DNA from: Paraspadella gotoi
Lineage: Eukaryota > Animalia > Chaetognatha
DNA: 64,000 bases
NCBI GenBank assembly: GCA_051294375.1
Contig: CM119271.1
Coordinates: 1,172,721-1,236,720, forward strand
Direction: 5' to 3'
Shown here: positions 49,432 to 64,000 of the stretch, piece by piece
Layout of the letters: each line of letters starts with the position of its first letter
How positions within the stretch are numbered: the stretch's first letter is position 1
Translations under genes and position numbers: made by a program
Notes under the pieces: generated by a model
What the model was told of the DNA's origin: nothing
Databases searched by the model: none
Seen by the model: only the letters and a program-made list of their open reading frames with translations

Positions 49432-52400
49432 TGCGATGGGAGGTTGAAAAATCGAGTTCGAAAAAGACGCACGGACGTAAACTGCGGGTTGTACAGAAAA
49501 ATTCGAGAAATAAGTGGGTTTTTTAAGGAAATTTGAAAAAAAAAAAAATTCGAATGAGGCGGATACTATATTACTACAAGAATGCTCGATCAAACCTTTC
49601 CGACGACGGTTAACAAACGCGCCAACATGATTTGGCCGCTGTTTCAAACGATAACGAAAAATTAATTAGGATCATTTACAAAGGCGAAGTTAATCGAGTG
49701 GCGCTTGGGTTTATTCGAGTCATGTTCCACCACGAACGAGGACGCTTACGGGCGAGTCCCTCAACGATGATAATTTTTGTGCCGAGTTTTTCCAGAATTC
49801 AATTTATTCGGTAACGGAAAAAAAAATAACCGATGATCCGCGCGCGGAATCGATTGGAAAACGATTCGGTCTGACTGATCCAAAACACGACGACCACAAA
49901 TCGTTGGCTCTCCTTCCGTGTCTTGACCGGCCGTGACCTGAATTTGTTCCTACTCCCGATATTTTGGACATCAAATGGCACGTCCATTTTCCCTCCTCAA
50001 TAGAAACGAAATATTTTCTAACATGTTCACCGAAAATGTACTTACCTATTATTTTTTTAGGTCACGTTCATATAGAATCACAATAGGCTCCGGTAGGGAC
50101 GTATATCGCGATACATAAGGACGATTCCACGTTGAAATGTATCACAAAACAACGTTAGCTCTTGAAAAAACGGTGTAGCTCAAATTTGTAACGTCTTCTC
50201 TTCTTTCTCAACGTTTAAAAAAGATGTCGCTCTCTTCCGAGGCCAGAAAAAGAGTGATGTTCTTTTGTTTATAATTACTCGTCGTCATAACAGGACATCT
50301 AGTGCAGTTAGACAAAACCTTATAAACTATTGTTCCTTTGTTTATAAAGGACAACATGGATACCTCGCGAAGACGAACCCCTGGTGTCGATTACACGAAC
50401 CAGTATCGCTTCAGCTTTACCCGAATCACGATAAAAACACGTCTCGTTAAAAAAGATTTATACATATAATTTCATGCTCGGCTTGTAAAAGTTGCAAGAT
50501 CATAACTTGCCAGTCGCCATGCCTCATCAATCTTCTCACGTGTCAAAATATGATCTTATTACTCCTAGGTTCTAATATTCCAGTCAGTGATGACAATGCT
50601 GTTTATTGACGTCTGACGCCTATTAATTTTTTCCTCAAATTTTTCTATTATTTTTTCTTTTAGGAATAAAGTTTGTAAAGTTGGTATTTCAATTTGTTTA
50701 AAAGACAATCCAATAATGGCATGGCGCTCAAACGAAAACTCCATGGGTTCTAGCAGTTCCCGGAGAACTGCGTTGGACCCACCTCGTCTAGAGGATTTGC
50801 TCAAAAAACGCAAATTAATAATGGTGGAAATTCGATGGAATAATCTCGTGTGCTCGCCCCATCGAGCCTTTAACTAACTGTGCCTCACGCTATGCCTTCC
50901 AACCATCAGACTATTGGTGGTGGCTTGAAGTTATCAGACTTGCCAAAAGGAAGAACTATACAACCGTAGGACACGTGCTCTCTCGCGTCAACGTGTTATC
51001 TTGGTACGTACACGCTGGACTCAATCTGGTGCGTCTCCAAATATCACGAACGCAGTTTTCGAAAGTTTGACCCAGGAATTGATAATTATACCCTTTTGAT
51101 GAGAAAATGAGTTTCCTTTCGCCACGGATCCAGGAGTTTTTCGTCTTCAGTTCGGTTTTTTATCTCTACGTCTTCTCCCTCTCTGCTGGGTCGAGGAGCG
51201 GCTTCTTACATTTCTCAAAGGTTTAATTGGCGACCAAATTTTGAAAATGCGGACGACGTTTGGCAAAATCGTCTCCGATTAATTGCATTAATGATGACAT
51301 TATTTTTTCTCAGATGGGAGAATCCTTCTATCCTATTGATAGATAGAATCGTCCTGCAATCTTCTTTCGATCTACGTTGCTAGAGTGGAATTAAAAGGAG
51401 CAGCCCCGCAGCCCGTCTTCATCAGTTATCCATGTTTAAGTTTATCCGCCATCGCCGTTTCATCGTTCTGAACAATTCATCTTATCGTCTAAAACTCGTG
51501 GCAATGTTTGCTATGCGCTAACCTTTTTGGTCCTTCTAAAGCAACCGATGCGCGTCGAATGAAAATACGGACCGAGTAGTTAAGGGCCTCTTTCTTTTTG
51601 CTAGATCGGGAGATTGAATATTTTGCGGAAAACCGTAGTCGTCGCCCGAACACGGGACTGCAGCTGAAAGCGTCAATAAGCAAACTGTCAAGCAAGGAGA
51701 GTACCTAGTACCTACAAGGTTTTCTGATCACGATTTCCTTTCTGCCACTAATCTCCACGTCGGTATTGTAAAAATCGATCACATTAAGCACGGGTTATGA
51801 AAGAAATCCTTGCGGCGATTAAGTCGAGAGAGCTTTGCTTTGCGCGAGCATCCATGACCAAAATTAGCCGCAGGGTAAGTTTAGATCCCAAAATTTAATA
51901 AAAAGGGTTGGGTTGACAAGTTAGGCGTCCAAACGTTGATAAATTTCTGTAGCGTTTCGACTGTTTCGTGAATTGTTTTCGAGTTTAGCGTTGATGTCGA
52001 AAAGTAAGTTTCTGGAAAATGTTGTTTTTTGGTGGGCGCGTCATTAAGTCCCTATAAAATTGGATGATTACGCGGTCCTCTTCTTTACTGAACGTCAATA
52101 TTTTTCTTGCCACTTCAAGTTAGTCTACCCCGAGCATATCACTCACCCGGGTCCCTCCACGTGAGCTCTCGTGTATCGCGCGGTATTGATTGTTATCTTT
52201 ACGAAAGATTGTTTAAAAATTTCGGGGAATAAAAAATTGGGAAGAACGGGTAGAAGCCTTTTCGTTTTCTAATATTTGATAATTGATACAAATTTCGTCA
52301 AACAAAAAAAAGGAAATTATTTTTTCACTCGAAAGAAGTCGACAGGAAAACGTAAAAAAAAAAATTCTGGAAAAACCTCTGCGAACGAAGCACAACTGAA

Positions 52401-52435
52401 AAGATCTCTATATTCGCCTTTCAAAAATAGACAGG

Positions 52436-55123
52436 ATGGCCGACGTGAATTTCTCACTCGACGATTACATCGCCCGCAAAGCCATTTCGGTCCCGCGCGC
52501 GACAGCCTCCCGCGGCGCGCTGGGACGAGGCCGGCCCCTCGCCGGGCGATTGGGCGGGCGACCGACAGGCCCCGCTCCTGTCGCCCCGCCCGTTCGACCG
52601 CTGATGAAGACGCCAGTCGTTGCCCAATCCTACGACGCGCGACAGAAAATTTTGGAGAAGGTTCGCCGAGGCGACGCACGCGACAAGATCATTTCCAAGA
52701 GTCGCCTGAAGCTCAAAGACGCTCGGGACCGAATCGGCAAGCAGATGCCGCCGCACCAGGAAATCGAGGGCGCGGAGGGATTTCCACCCAACGGCCGCAG
52801 CTTCCCCGACGGCGGAGTTTCTCGTCCACAACATCACTATCGCTCAGAAGCGCCGCCGCCGATGCCGCGCCACGCGGTCCCTCTGATGATGGCTAACGTG
52901 GATCCCCAAGATGACGTTTCACCGCGACGCCGACCAGACGCCCAAATATTCGGTCGTGACAACAACATCATCGTCATGGCCAAGAACGACTTCGCGGGAG
53001 GACGCGCCTACGATGACGCCGCCGCAGGATCGATGCACCGCGGAAATCCCGTTGTTGTCATCAAAAACGATCGGATGAGAGGAACCGGAGGAGGTGGAGT
53101 AGATTCGCCCTTATCGTCAATGCAACGCCAACGTCCAGCGCCCAATGCACCGACGACTTACCGCACCAGATCGTCGCCACCCCGACGCGGAGCTCCTCAG
53201 CAAGCATCCAGGAAAACTGCGCCTTACGATTCGACAACGGCTCGCCGTCACTTGCCCAACGAGTTCGCGGGCGCGCGCGGCCGAACGCCGCCCATGGATG
53301 CGGCCCGTATTAACCGGCGCACGCCCCCGAAGCATTACGATAGCGCAAGCGATGACGAATTGGCGGATCCAAGGAGGAAACCAGGGTTCGCGACAAAGAG
53401 GGCGGCACCACAGGCTCGTCAAGGTGAGTTTTATATTCATCGTCGATGTTTGTACGTATTTGTCATCCTGACTGTTTTGTGACTGAACATTAAGGCGTAG
53501 CAAAATTTCTAAATTTAACTTTAAGTAAAATTTTAAAAGTGAGGAACGAACAACATAATACTAATGAACATTTATGTAAAAAAAAATTGTAATAAATTTT
53601 ACAATTTACGCAGTAGGCCATATTTATACTAGTACTAATCCAATAAATGTTAAAATTTCAAAACAGTTTTTTCTAAGATTGTTTTGCAGATTTGGATTCG
53701 TCATAAAAAGTTAATTAAAAGAAATAAACTCTTTTTGAAAAATTATTTCATTAAGTGGGTCAAAAATTAGAAAAAGCTTTATTTTAAGCTGAAAATTAAC
53801 TTTTTATATATTGAATATAGTTTTTTAATTTTTAATCCACTTAATAAAAGAATTTTTAAAATGATTTATATTTTCTTTTATCGACTTTTGACGAGGAATT
53901 CAAAATTTAAAAATTTGTCGATTTTATAAGGATAGTACTATATATAAATAATTAAATATAGCCTACTGCGAAAATTAAAACACATAAAATTAATTTTTTT
54001 TACAAATTAATGTTCACTGATAGTATGTTGTTCATAATTGACTTTTAGAATTTTCGTACGTACCCTTCACTACGCTCTACTGAACATACTCTTCTCAAAT
54101 CATGCAAATAATATTTATTAACCATTTGCTCGTCTTGCGTAATCATTTTTAGTTCCGCGTCCCGAGAAACAAGCTCGACGCGGCTCGCCCGAGCCTGTTG
54201 CCTCTCGCCTCAGTTCGGTCAAGTCCAAACCTGTCGTTTCTCACGCTCCCGTCGCTAAGAAAAGGTTGGTTTCGGAATTGGAAAGATTTTATCCGACTCC
54301 ATCTCTTACAGTTGATCTTTTTTCGACGTTTTCAGTTCTTCGATCCTTCACGGAATAAAACCGGTCGTCGGAGGGCAACTGGCGAAAGAGTCGGATGTCG
54401 GGGACAAGCACAGTCCTATACAAGTAAGGAGAGGAAAAAATGATTAAGCAACACCACGATTAATGTTGATACTTTAAACTATGCCAGGGATACCGCGTTT
54501 TGGTGAGCAACTTGCACTCGATCGTCACCCAAGAGGACGTAGTAGAACTGTTTAGCGCCTGCGGAGCACTGAAACGAACGAAGATGATCAAGCCTAGCGT
54601 GGCCGAGGTGAGTGTTGGATCATCGACGTAGTAACCAAACGATAAAATATCGAAAAACCTTTTTTTCACCTCCTTTTAGGTGGTGTTCGTGAAGAGAGAA
54701 GACGCGGAAATGGCTGTTAAAAAGTACAACAACAGGGAATTGGACGGTCAGCCCATGCAGGTACGATTTCTGTTTGGGAGATCCTTTTTTAAATCAACAG
54801 TTAACCAGAGTCTGTATTTTCTCGTCGCAGTGTAAAATGCTGTCTCCTCCTTCCAAGTCGAGTTCGTCGTCGTTTTCCGACGGACCGATGTTGGGCGGTC
54901 GTCTCAAAGCTTCGTCCCAAGCCGCGGACGGTGAGAGAAAAACTCTTTATTTAGCTTTAAGGAGATAACTGTTTATATTTTTTTTTTCACGTTTGCTGTT
55001 TTCCTCTCCCCCACTTCAGACGTTGAAGCCACCACCATTCACAAGGCGTTGTTCAATACGAGCGCGGCGGCTCCCGCGTCCAAAGCCGCTGCCAAACCCG
55101 TCGTTTTCACCGTCAAGATTTGA
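52436..55123 (+). CDS. POLDIP3: Polymerase delta-interacting protein 3 / SKAR (ALY-like RRM protein), multi-exon
   Basis: MADVNFSLDDYIARK; repeated DAR.KI motifs; C-terminal RRM GYRVLVSNLHSIVTQEDVVELF..GALKR..AEVVFVKREDA..KYNNRELDGQPMQC; ends PVVFTVKI-stop. Confidence 0.88.
53525..54055. mobile_element. Degenerate ~530-bp AT-rich MITE-like inverted repeat in POLDIP3 intron 1
   Basis: gaacaacata..atgaacatt..cgcagtaggc..tagtacta is mirrored by tagtacta..gcctactgcg..aatgttca..tatgttgttc. Confidence 0.65.
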
Positions 55124-55328
55124 TGAGACGTTGGAAACGGAGTGATAGCGTAGAATGTCATCGTCTCGTTGTCCTACAAATTTGACCGACTGGTCGAATC
55201 CTGACTCGAGTCAATTCCCTATGAAATTCTCGATCGATAATCGCAATTCGCTGTTAATTATAATTTTGATTCTTCGCGATCTCGCGCGAATCTTCGCTTC
55301 CAAATTATTTTCCTCGTTTTGGTTACTT

Positions 55329-55392
<64 letters not shown>

Positions 55393-55816
55393 TCGTTTTG
55401 TTTCAATTCGTTCTGTTAAAAATACATGTATCTAGAATATAAAAAGAAACTTATTTAGTTTTGTAAATATTAAATAACTTTTAAGCCACCGTCGTGGGGG
55501 GTGTTTTTTAAAGAGCGGGGTAAAAACAAACTTTTTGAGGTCTGATGTTTATCGAGTCTCATTTTCAAACACTTTGTTATTCTTCGCAATTTAATTTTAG
55601 AAAGGACGTTCCAGTTTTCTCTAATTAAAAAAAAAGCAGTGGCTAATTTTATTTTCCCCCTTTTTCGATCCGTCAGGTTTTATTGTTAGTAAATAGTAAA
55701 ATAACCGACTGGAAAATCTATTTAATTCATTCCGACCTAAATTACTAAGAAAAAGACTCCAGACTTCCTCCCTTATCTTCTTCCCTACGCGGATCACCCC
55801 TCCCTACCCGCTTACC

Positions 55817-56980
55817 ATGCATTCCTTACTTTCCCGCGCCAACACCATCTTCGCCTTCACCCTCAGCGTCGTCGCCGGCCTCACCTTCTGCTGCTTCCTC
55901 ACCACGGCCTTCGACGAGCATCGGGTCATTAATTTAAACAATAATACTTATTTAGCTTAATTCGGCACAATATCTACAAAAATTAACCAATAAAAAAGGA
56001 TATTTTTTTTATTTTTAAATATTATGTTTTTTGTTATTTTTCCTTTCTGTTTCGTTGTGATTTGGTTTAGAACAAAGTTTGAAGAGAGATTTAACAACGA
56101 TTTTTATTTCATAGTGAAACGGACATGTTTCGACTCACATACTCGTATGTCGAAACATGTCCGTTTCACTATGAAATAAAAATCGTTGTTAAATCTCTCT
56201 TCAAACTTTGTTCTATTTTTAAATATTAATTTGGTTATCGGTCCTGTCCGAACATGATACCTATGTAAATCGTCTACGTAACACCTCAAACAATTAAATT
56301 TATCACGAGATTTAGTAGGACAAAGATTTGTATTATTCAGCTACTATGTATGTATAAAATTACCGAAATTATTCTTTCAATAATTGTTTTAAATTCTCTA
56401 TCTCGATCGCTCTTTTTAGGCCGATGTGGAAATTCAGACGATTCGACTCTTTGTGAAAAACGTTCCGGACTTCACGACCGATCGGTCCAAGAATGATCTC
56501 GGCTTTCTCAGTTGGGATTTGAAGGTGAGACTGGTAGGGTAAGTACTAAGGATCCTCCTGTCGGTTACCAAATGCGAATCGTCCTTTTCGCTCATTTCAG
56601 GCTAACTTGACTCATCTTTTTAACTGGAACGTAAAGCAGTTGTTTCTCTACCTAACGGCGGAGTACGAAACCTCGGATAACAAGCTGAATCAGGTCGTCC
56701 TCTGGGACAAGATCATCCAAAGAGGGGAGAACGCCGTCCTGGACTACAAAGGTCAAGATGGGATATGCATTGCGGACTTTCTCTGTTTCATGAGTAACTC
56801 TTTTTCCTTTCCCCAGGCCTGACGACCAAGTATTACTTCTGGGACGACGGAAACGGGTTGCTAGGCAACAGGAACGTGACGATGACGTTGTCTTGGAACG
56901 TCGTTCCCAACACTGGCGGGCTCCCGCGCATCGACGGTCAACACCGCCACACTTTCTCCTTCCCCGCCGAATACTCTTAG
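55817..56980 (+). CDS. SPCS3: Signal peptidase complex subunit 3 (SPC22/23), 4 exons
   Basis: [18 protein letters not shown]; KNVPDF..NDLGFL; [32 protein letters not shown]; [23 protein letters not shown]; stop TAG at 56978-56980. Confidence 0.95.
56068..56215. mobile_element. Palindromic element, copy 2 (SPCS3 intron 1)
   Basis: Arms essentially identical to those at 28971-29040; the centre retains only the GAAACATGTC half of the hammerhead on both strands. Confidence 0.8.
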
Positions 56981-57123
56981 CGAGATGCGGGGAAAGCGTG
57001 GAAGACGTCAACGCGCTCATCGAGGCGGCGACGACTCCGCGCCGTCGGCCGCGTCCTCGATTTGCGATCTCGCGAAAAAGACGTTTAGTCCAAAATTAGT
57101 ACTTTATCGCTGGTTTAATATTT

Positions 57124-57129
57124 AATAAA
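57124..57129 (+). terminator. Polyadenylation signal AATAAA of SPCS3
   Basis: ~144 nt after the stop at 56980. Confidence 0.5.
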
Positions 57130-57614
57130 ACAAACGGAAAAATAGAAAAGGCTGGTTCCCCATGGAAGGAATGTAACTCCCGATTTTTAACCGCGCATCG
57201 ATAAATTCATGATCTGAGAAAATCTTTGTATAATTACCGTTGATCCTCCTCGTGTTTTTTCTACATAGTTAATATTTCCCTGTAGTTTGTACTGTGACGG
57301 TTTTTAGGAAAGTCCAGCTTTTTCTTGGGCGTGGTGACAAGACGTGACATTTTCGGATTCCACGTTCTGCTACGTCCGCAACGCCGTTTTCTCCCGCGGC
57401 ACCGAAAGTCCCCTTTTATTCTCGACTATCCATTTTATGATATTAATTTTATAAATTGTCATTTTCTCTTTAAGCCTTTTAAGTATGCTCGCCTCAACTT
57501 CCTAATTTAGTTTTCGAAACGCGACAAGTTAAGAGCATAAGAAAAAACGATGCGGAAAATCTCGACTTTGATCTCCCCGCGTCGCCGCTTTCGGTGAAAG
57601 TAAGAGTCGCCGCC

Positions 57615-59755
57615 ATGTCAGGCCAAATGGTCGTAGAACCGCCGGCGTTGGACGGGCTCGACCCTGAACAGGCGCCGTCGGCAACGACGATCTCCGCCTC
57701 GGACGCTGCCGACGGCGATCTCCCCGAGTCTGGCGTCGATTCCGCCGCCGACGGCGACATAGATAACACCGACGCCACCTCCGCCGGCGCTCACGAAATT
57801 TCCAACAACACCGACAACAACCTCTCCTCCGAACCGGCGTCGGATTCCGCGCCGACGCCCTCGACTTCGACGGCGTCGCCGCACGACGAGCCTCCCTCGC
57901 CGGATTCGCGGCTCGTTTCTCTGACGTCGGACGGTAAGATAATTTCCGGCGACGGAGCCACGCCGCCCGACGCTTCCGTTTCTACCGCTCCTACCGCCGA
58001 TGCTCCCGTTGCTTCCTCGAACACCCCGGCCCACGCGGGCGACGGTGCCGACAACGACGAAGATCAGAGCGTTTACCAGGTCAAGTGGTCTAAGTTTCAT
58101 TCGCTCGAGTCGCCCGTCATTACGCAGAACGAGAACGGGCCTTGCCCTCTCCTCGCCATCGTCAACGTGCTGCTTCTGAGGGGAAAGATGAAGATCCCTC
58201 CGGGAACCTCCATCGTCACCTACTCTCAGCTTATGTCGCTGCTGTGGGACTGCATTTTGACACAGGTCGGCGACAAAGTATTGTATGACTCAACTATGTT
58301 GTTGTAGTTTAATAATGTAAACTTTATTTTGACTCTTTCTTTAATTTTACTTTTAACTGATTCTTTTTCTAGGCCTATTCAATTTTTCGTGATTTTTTTT
58401 CTTTTTCTGAAAGTTTTCATCGATGTTTTTGTTTTACTTCTGATCTGTCACTTATCTTCAGACTCCGCAACACATATCCGCCGGGGAAAGGCTTAACTAC
58501 GAGAAGAACATGAACGACGCGATGGCTGTGATCCACAAGTTACAAACGGGGCTCGACGTCAACGTCAAGTTCACTGGCGTCGCCGATTTCGAGTGAGTTT
58601 CGGGGTTTTGAGGGTTTGGGAAGCGTCGAGACCACCCATCGTATTCTTCTCCCTCCTCCCCCCCCTCCCGCCTCTAAACAAAGGTACACGATCGAGTCCA
58701 TCATATTTGATCTCTTGAACATCTCCCTGTACCACGGGTGGCTTGTGGATCCGCAATCGCCCGAGACGGAGGCAGCCCTGGGCTCCTATAGCTACAACCA
58801 GATAGTGGAGCGCATTATCGCCAACAAGGCGTCGCCGAAGCCGGAGCTCGTGACGGAGGCGCTCATCGCTGAAGACTTTCTCGAGAATACGAGGAGCCAA
58901 CTCTCGTACCACGGAATTTGCGAGCTGCACAAGGCTCTCAAGGAAGGGGAGTTGGCCGTGTTTTTTAGGTGGGGAGCAGTTGGAAACGTTTTTTTTTTTT
59001 CTTTTTGTTTATTCGATTGATTTTGAAGACGGATTTTTGTCTTGGATCCATTGCTTGCTTCATATTGTATTATTTTTTTTTTTTATTCATTCGACTTTTC
59101 TTTTACTTTCTAAAGAAACAATCATTTCTCGACGATCTACAAGCAGAAGGAGGAGCTCTTCCTCCTCGTGACCGACCAAGGCTTCGTCAACGAACCCAAG
59201 GTCATGTGGGAGACGCTGGCCAACGTCGAGGGGGACGGACATTTCGTAGATCAAGAGTTCAACACCTTCACGCCGCAGACGACAGTCGCTCATCAGGCGG
59301 CGCCTGTGCTGACGAGGGACGAGCGGCAACAAATTGACGCCGACCTTCTTGTCGCCCTCTCGATGCGCGACGAAATGGAAAAGGGCGGCGCCTCCGCGGG
59401 ATCCAAACCGGCCGGCGCCGGCGTGGCTGCCGTTAGTCAAGATTCCGGGCGCCGTCTCGAGTCCGTCGAACCAGCGGCGGTAGCGGCGACGACGACTATG
59501 ACTCCGCAAGAACTGGCCGACCATCAGCTCGCCGTCGCGCTCCAGCACGAGGAGCAAGAGCGGCTAGAAGCGATGATGAACCAAGAACGTGGGAGCGGGG
59601 ACGGCGCCAGATCGGAGACCGCCACGGGCGGAAACGTTGGAGGGAGGTGTCGAGAGCCGGGCGAGGCCGGTCGAGAAAGTGGAGGGACTCAGGGGCGTAG
59701 ACCGCGCGAGGTGGAGGCTCCTGAAAAGAAAGAAAAAGATTGTGTGATTCTGTGA
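57615..59755 (+). CDS. MINDY1: MINDY1/2 (FAM63) K48-specific deubiquitinase, 4 exons
   Basis: Catalytic TQNENGPCPLLAI, LQTGLDVNVKF, LYHGWLVDPQ, VFFRNNHFST, LLVTDQGF..VMWETL. MIU-like ELADHQLAVALQHEE and a C-terminal CaaX box CVIL. MINDY1 vs 2 cannot be resolved. Confidence 0.92.
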
Positions 59756-61119
59756 TCGTTTATATCTCCACATATTTTTTTTATGGGCAGAAAAAAAAAT
59801 CTAGGCCAGCTTTACTGTACTACTGTAATACTTACGCTTCTCTTTTCTGTTTTTTCTTTTTCTTCTTCTTCCAGTGGGCCAATTATACATCGACGCTTTG
59901 TGTGTGTGTGTGTGTGTTCGTTTGTGTGTGCGTAATTCGATGTGTGCGAGTGATTGTTTACGCGAGTCGTTTGACCAACGTCGGCATTTAGGTTATTAAT
60001 GATGTTTGCACTCACGGCCTTTGAAAGAAAATCCTTTCTGAGCTATACTTTTTCTCTCGTTTTTTTGATATAAAATCGATTTTCACAATTATAAATATTG
60101 TAATGAAGGAATTAAAGTAAAACGTCGACGTTCTTGCCTTTTTACGAAGTCTCGTAATGTGATGAGAATTAAAATAAAATTGTCATACGTAATAACAAAA
60201 CGTTTTATTTTCCTTTCGCCACATTTTTCACTTTTTCAAACAATTATTTTAGAAATATTTCCGTCTTTTTTAAATAAATTATATCATTTAAAATATAGCT
60301 TTCCTCCGTAATATAGCGTAATTTTTTTAAGTTTTGCAAAACTATTATCTTCACCACAGAACCACGCGCTTTAAGAATACAGGTGACAAATTTAAGTCTA
60401 GTCGCTGAAAATGAATCATATTGAGTAATACATTCAGAGAACTATATTTTGTTCATAAAAAAATTCGTCATATAAATATGTGCATAGAACTAAAATGGTA
60501 GTTGTACTTTAGTTTTTGTTTACTTTTGTATCACAAAGAACTCTTATTTTTAAAAACTTTTATGTAGCAAAAATATAATTGGTGATTCTTAGAGCTGTGA
60601 AAGCCCCACGGTTTTTGCCAATGACGAATGTCGAATTTTCTTTAGCGGTGGGGTTCAAATTGTCACTTTATGAATTATATGAGCGAAATATTTCGTTTAG
60701 ATTTTCGTAGAATATTTGTTTAGCCCAATCGCCGTGCTGGAATTGAGTTTATTTTTCTCATCGATTCAACTAGTCCTATCTGTCTTTTTTTTTCAGTTAT
60801 TCACCTCGTTCTGTTGCTTATGGACTCATATAAAGTTCCATGGTTTATTTTCTATCTTTTATCAATTCATAACTTTTAATTTTAATAGCCCATGTAGCAA
60901 AAGCGCTTTTTTATCCTATGCATTATAACCGAGTTAATTTGGCAATAATACAAAACCTTGAACCGGTGCAGACAAAACAAATAACAAGGAAACCTGATTT
61001 CAAAATTTCTCGGCTTTTTATTTTCTTTTTTTTCCAAGGTTCGATATATATAAAATTCAAACTGACTACGTCACCAGTTATGATCAATTTTGTACGAAAT
61101 CCTTTTCTCAACTTCATAA

Positions 61120-63242
<2,123 letters not shown>

Positions 63243-63421
63243 AATTCTTTTGTTTTTCAGTTTAGACCTTCGTTTTGACTTTTTCGTGTTTTTTCCCGTT
63301 CATTCGTTGCTTGTTTAAACTTTAACTATCATTATGGATATTGAACTATCTCCTTACTTTTTCTTCGCTTTAGTTATTTTGTTAGTTTCGTATCAGTTTT
63401 TTTAAGACTCAATAGAAAACA

Positions 63422-63499
63422 ATGGCTCCCAAATACGCGATGGCCATCGGAAGAGTTAAAGACAAGGGGTTCCGTACGACGAAACACAAAGTGAGTGGG

Positions 63500-63555
<56 letters not shown>

Positions 63556-63871
63556 CGATCGTGCTCAGTGACAATCATGATTTTCAATCAAATCCCCTAT
63601 TTTCCCCCCTCGCAAGGCCCCTGTGAAGCCCTCCCGACGCAAGGGCGTCCAACATAAGAGAGTTCGCTTCGTTCGCGACTTGGTCCGCGAGTTAGCCGGG
63701 TTCGCCCCTTACGAGAAGCGCTGCCTCGAGCTGCTCAAGGTCTCCAAGGACAAGCGGTGTCTCAAGTTTGCCAAGAAGCGGCTCGGCGCCCACGTGCGAG
63801 GAAAGCGGAAGCGTGAAGAGATGCAGGCTACGCTGCAGGCGCAGAGGAAGGCGGCCAGCGCCAAGCAGTGA
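63422..63871 (+). CDS. RPL36: 60S ribosomal protein L36 (eL36), exons 63422-63490 and 63617-63871
   Basis: [10 protein letters not shown]..; [60 protein letters not shown]; phase-0 intron. Confidence 0.96.
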
Positions 63872-64000
63872 AGAGGGTCGTCGCGATGGCTGGGAAGCGT
63901 GTTTTTTTTTGGGGGGGGGGTCATAAGAACTAAATGAAATTGTTTCCTTAAATTGTGAAAAAAAATCGTGTTGTAATTCTTTTTTTGAGGGCAAAGAAAA

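Noticed and set aside
46197-49536. Antisense hydrophobic/Ser-rich ORFs and a (CRLQYWTS)n ORF
   Set aside because: Reverse complements of E/K/R-rich codons and of the 24-bp repeat in the minus-strand gene.
49432-49647. N-terminal extension of the 1422-aa ORF from a TTG start
   Set aside because: Non-ATG start; the region contains a poly-U tract and an acceptor at ~49482, so it is intron or UTR.
51355-51430. CTGATGA...CGAAA on the minus strand as a hammerhead
   Set aside because: No convincing stems I-III or NUH site.
51985-52040. Possible SL RNA gene (GTAAGT donor followed by GTTTTTTGG)
   Set aside because: Sm site is non-canonical and the stem-loops are unsupported; cannot be called without a known leader.
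56893-57099. Suspected frameshift/extension at the SPCS3 C-terminus
   Set aside because: Re-reading shows the spliced frame is intact ([14 protein letters not shown]-stop).

Overview
Gene-dense, intron-rich eukaryotic (invertebrate animal-like) genomic DNA, not prokaryotic. Eleven protein-coding genes were reconstructed by manual exon joining. On the + strand, a ~34-exon macroglobulin-complement-related (MCR/TEP) gene (317-24066) carries a complete ABCC/MRP transporter gene nested on the same strand in its 9.7-kb second intron. Four minus-strand genes (large RRM/charged protein, MKK3/6, KIF20, anillin) and five plus-strand genes (POLDIP3, SPCS3, MINDY1/2, RNMT, RPL36) diverge from an unexplained 49.5-52.4 kb region. 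Some junctions are very short (179-282 bp), U-rich and carry apparently unpaired splice acceptors, suggesting operons resolved by SL trans-splicing (inference). Introns hold palindromic elements, one with a minimal Penelope-type hammerhead ribozyme, plus MITE-like and SINE-like repeats. A cluster of single-base frameshifts at 17-26 kb is most likely consensus error but is unresolved. Identities come from recalled motifs and coordinates from manual reading; no searches were run.
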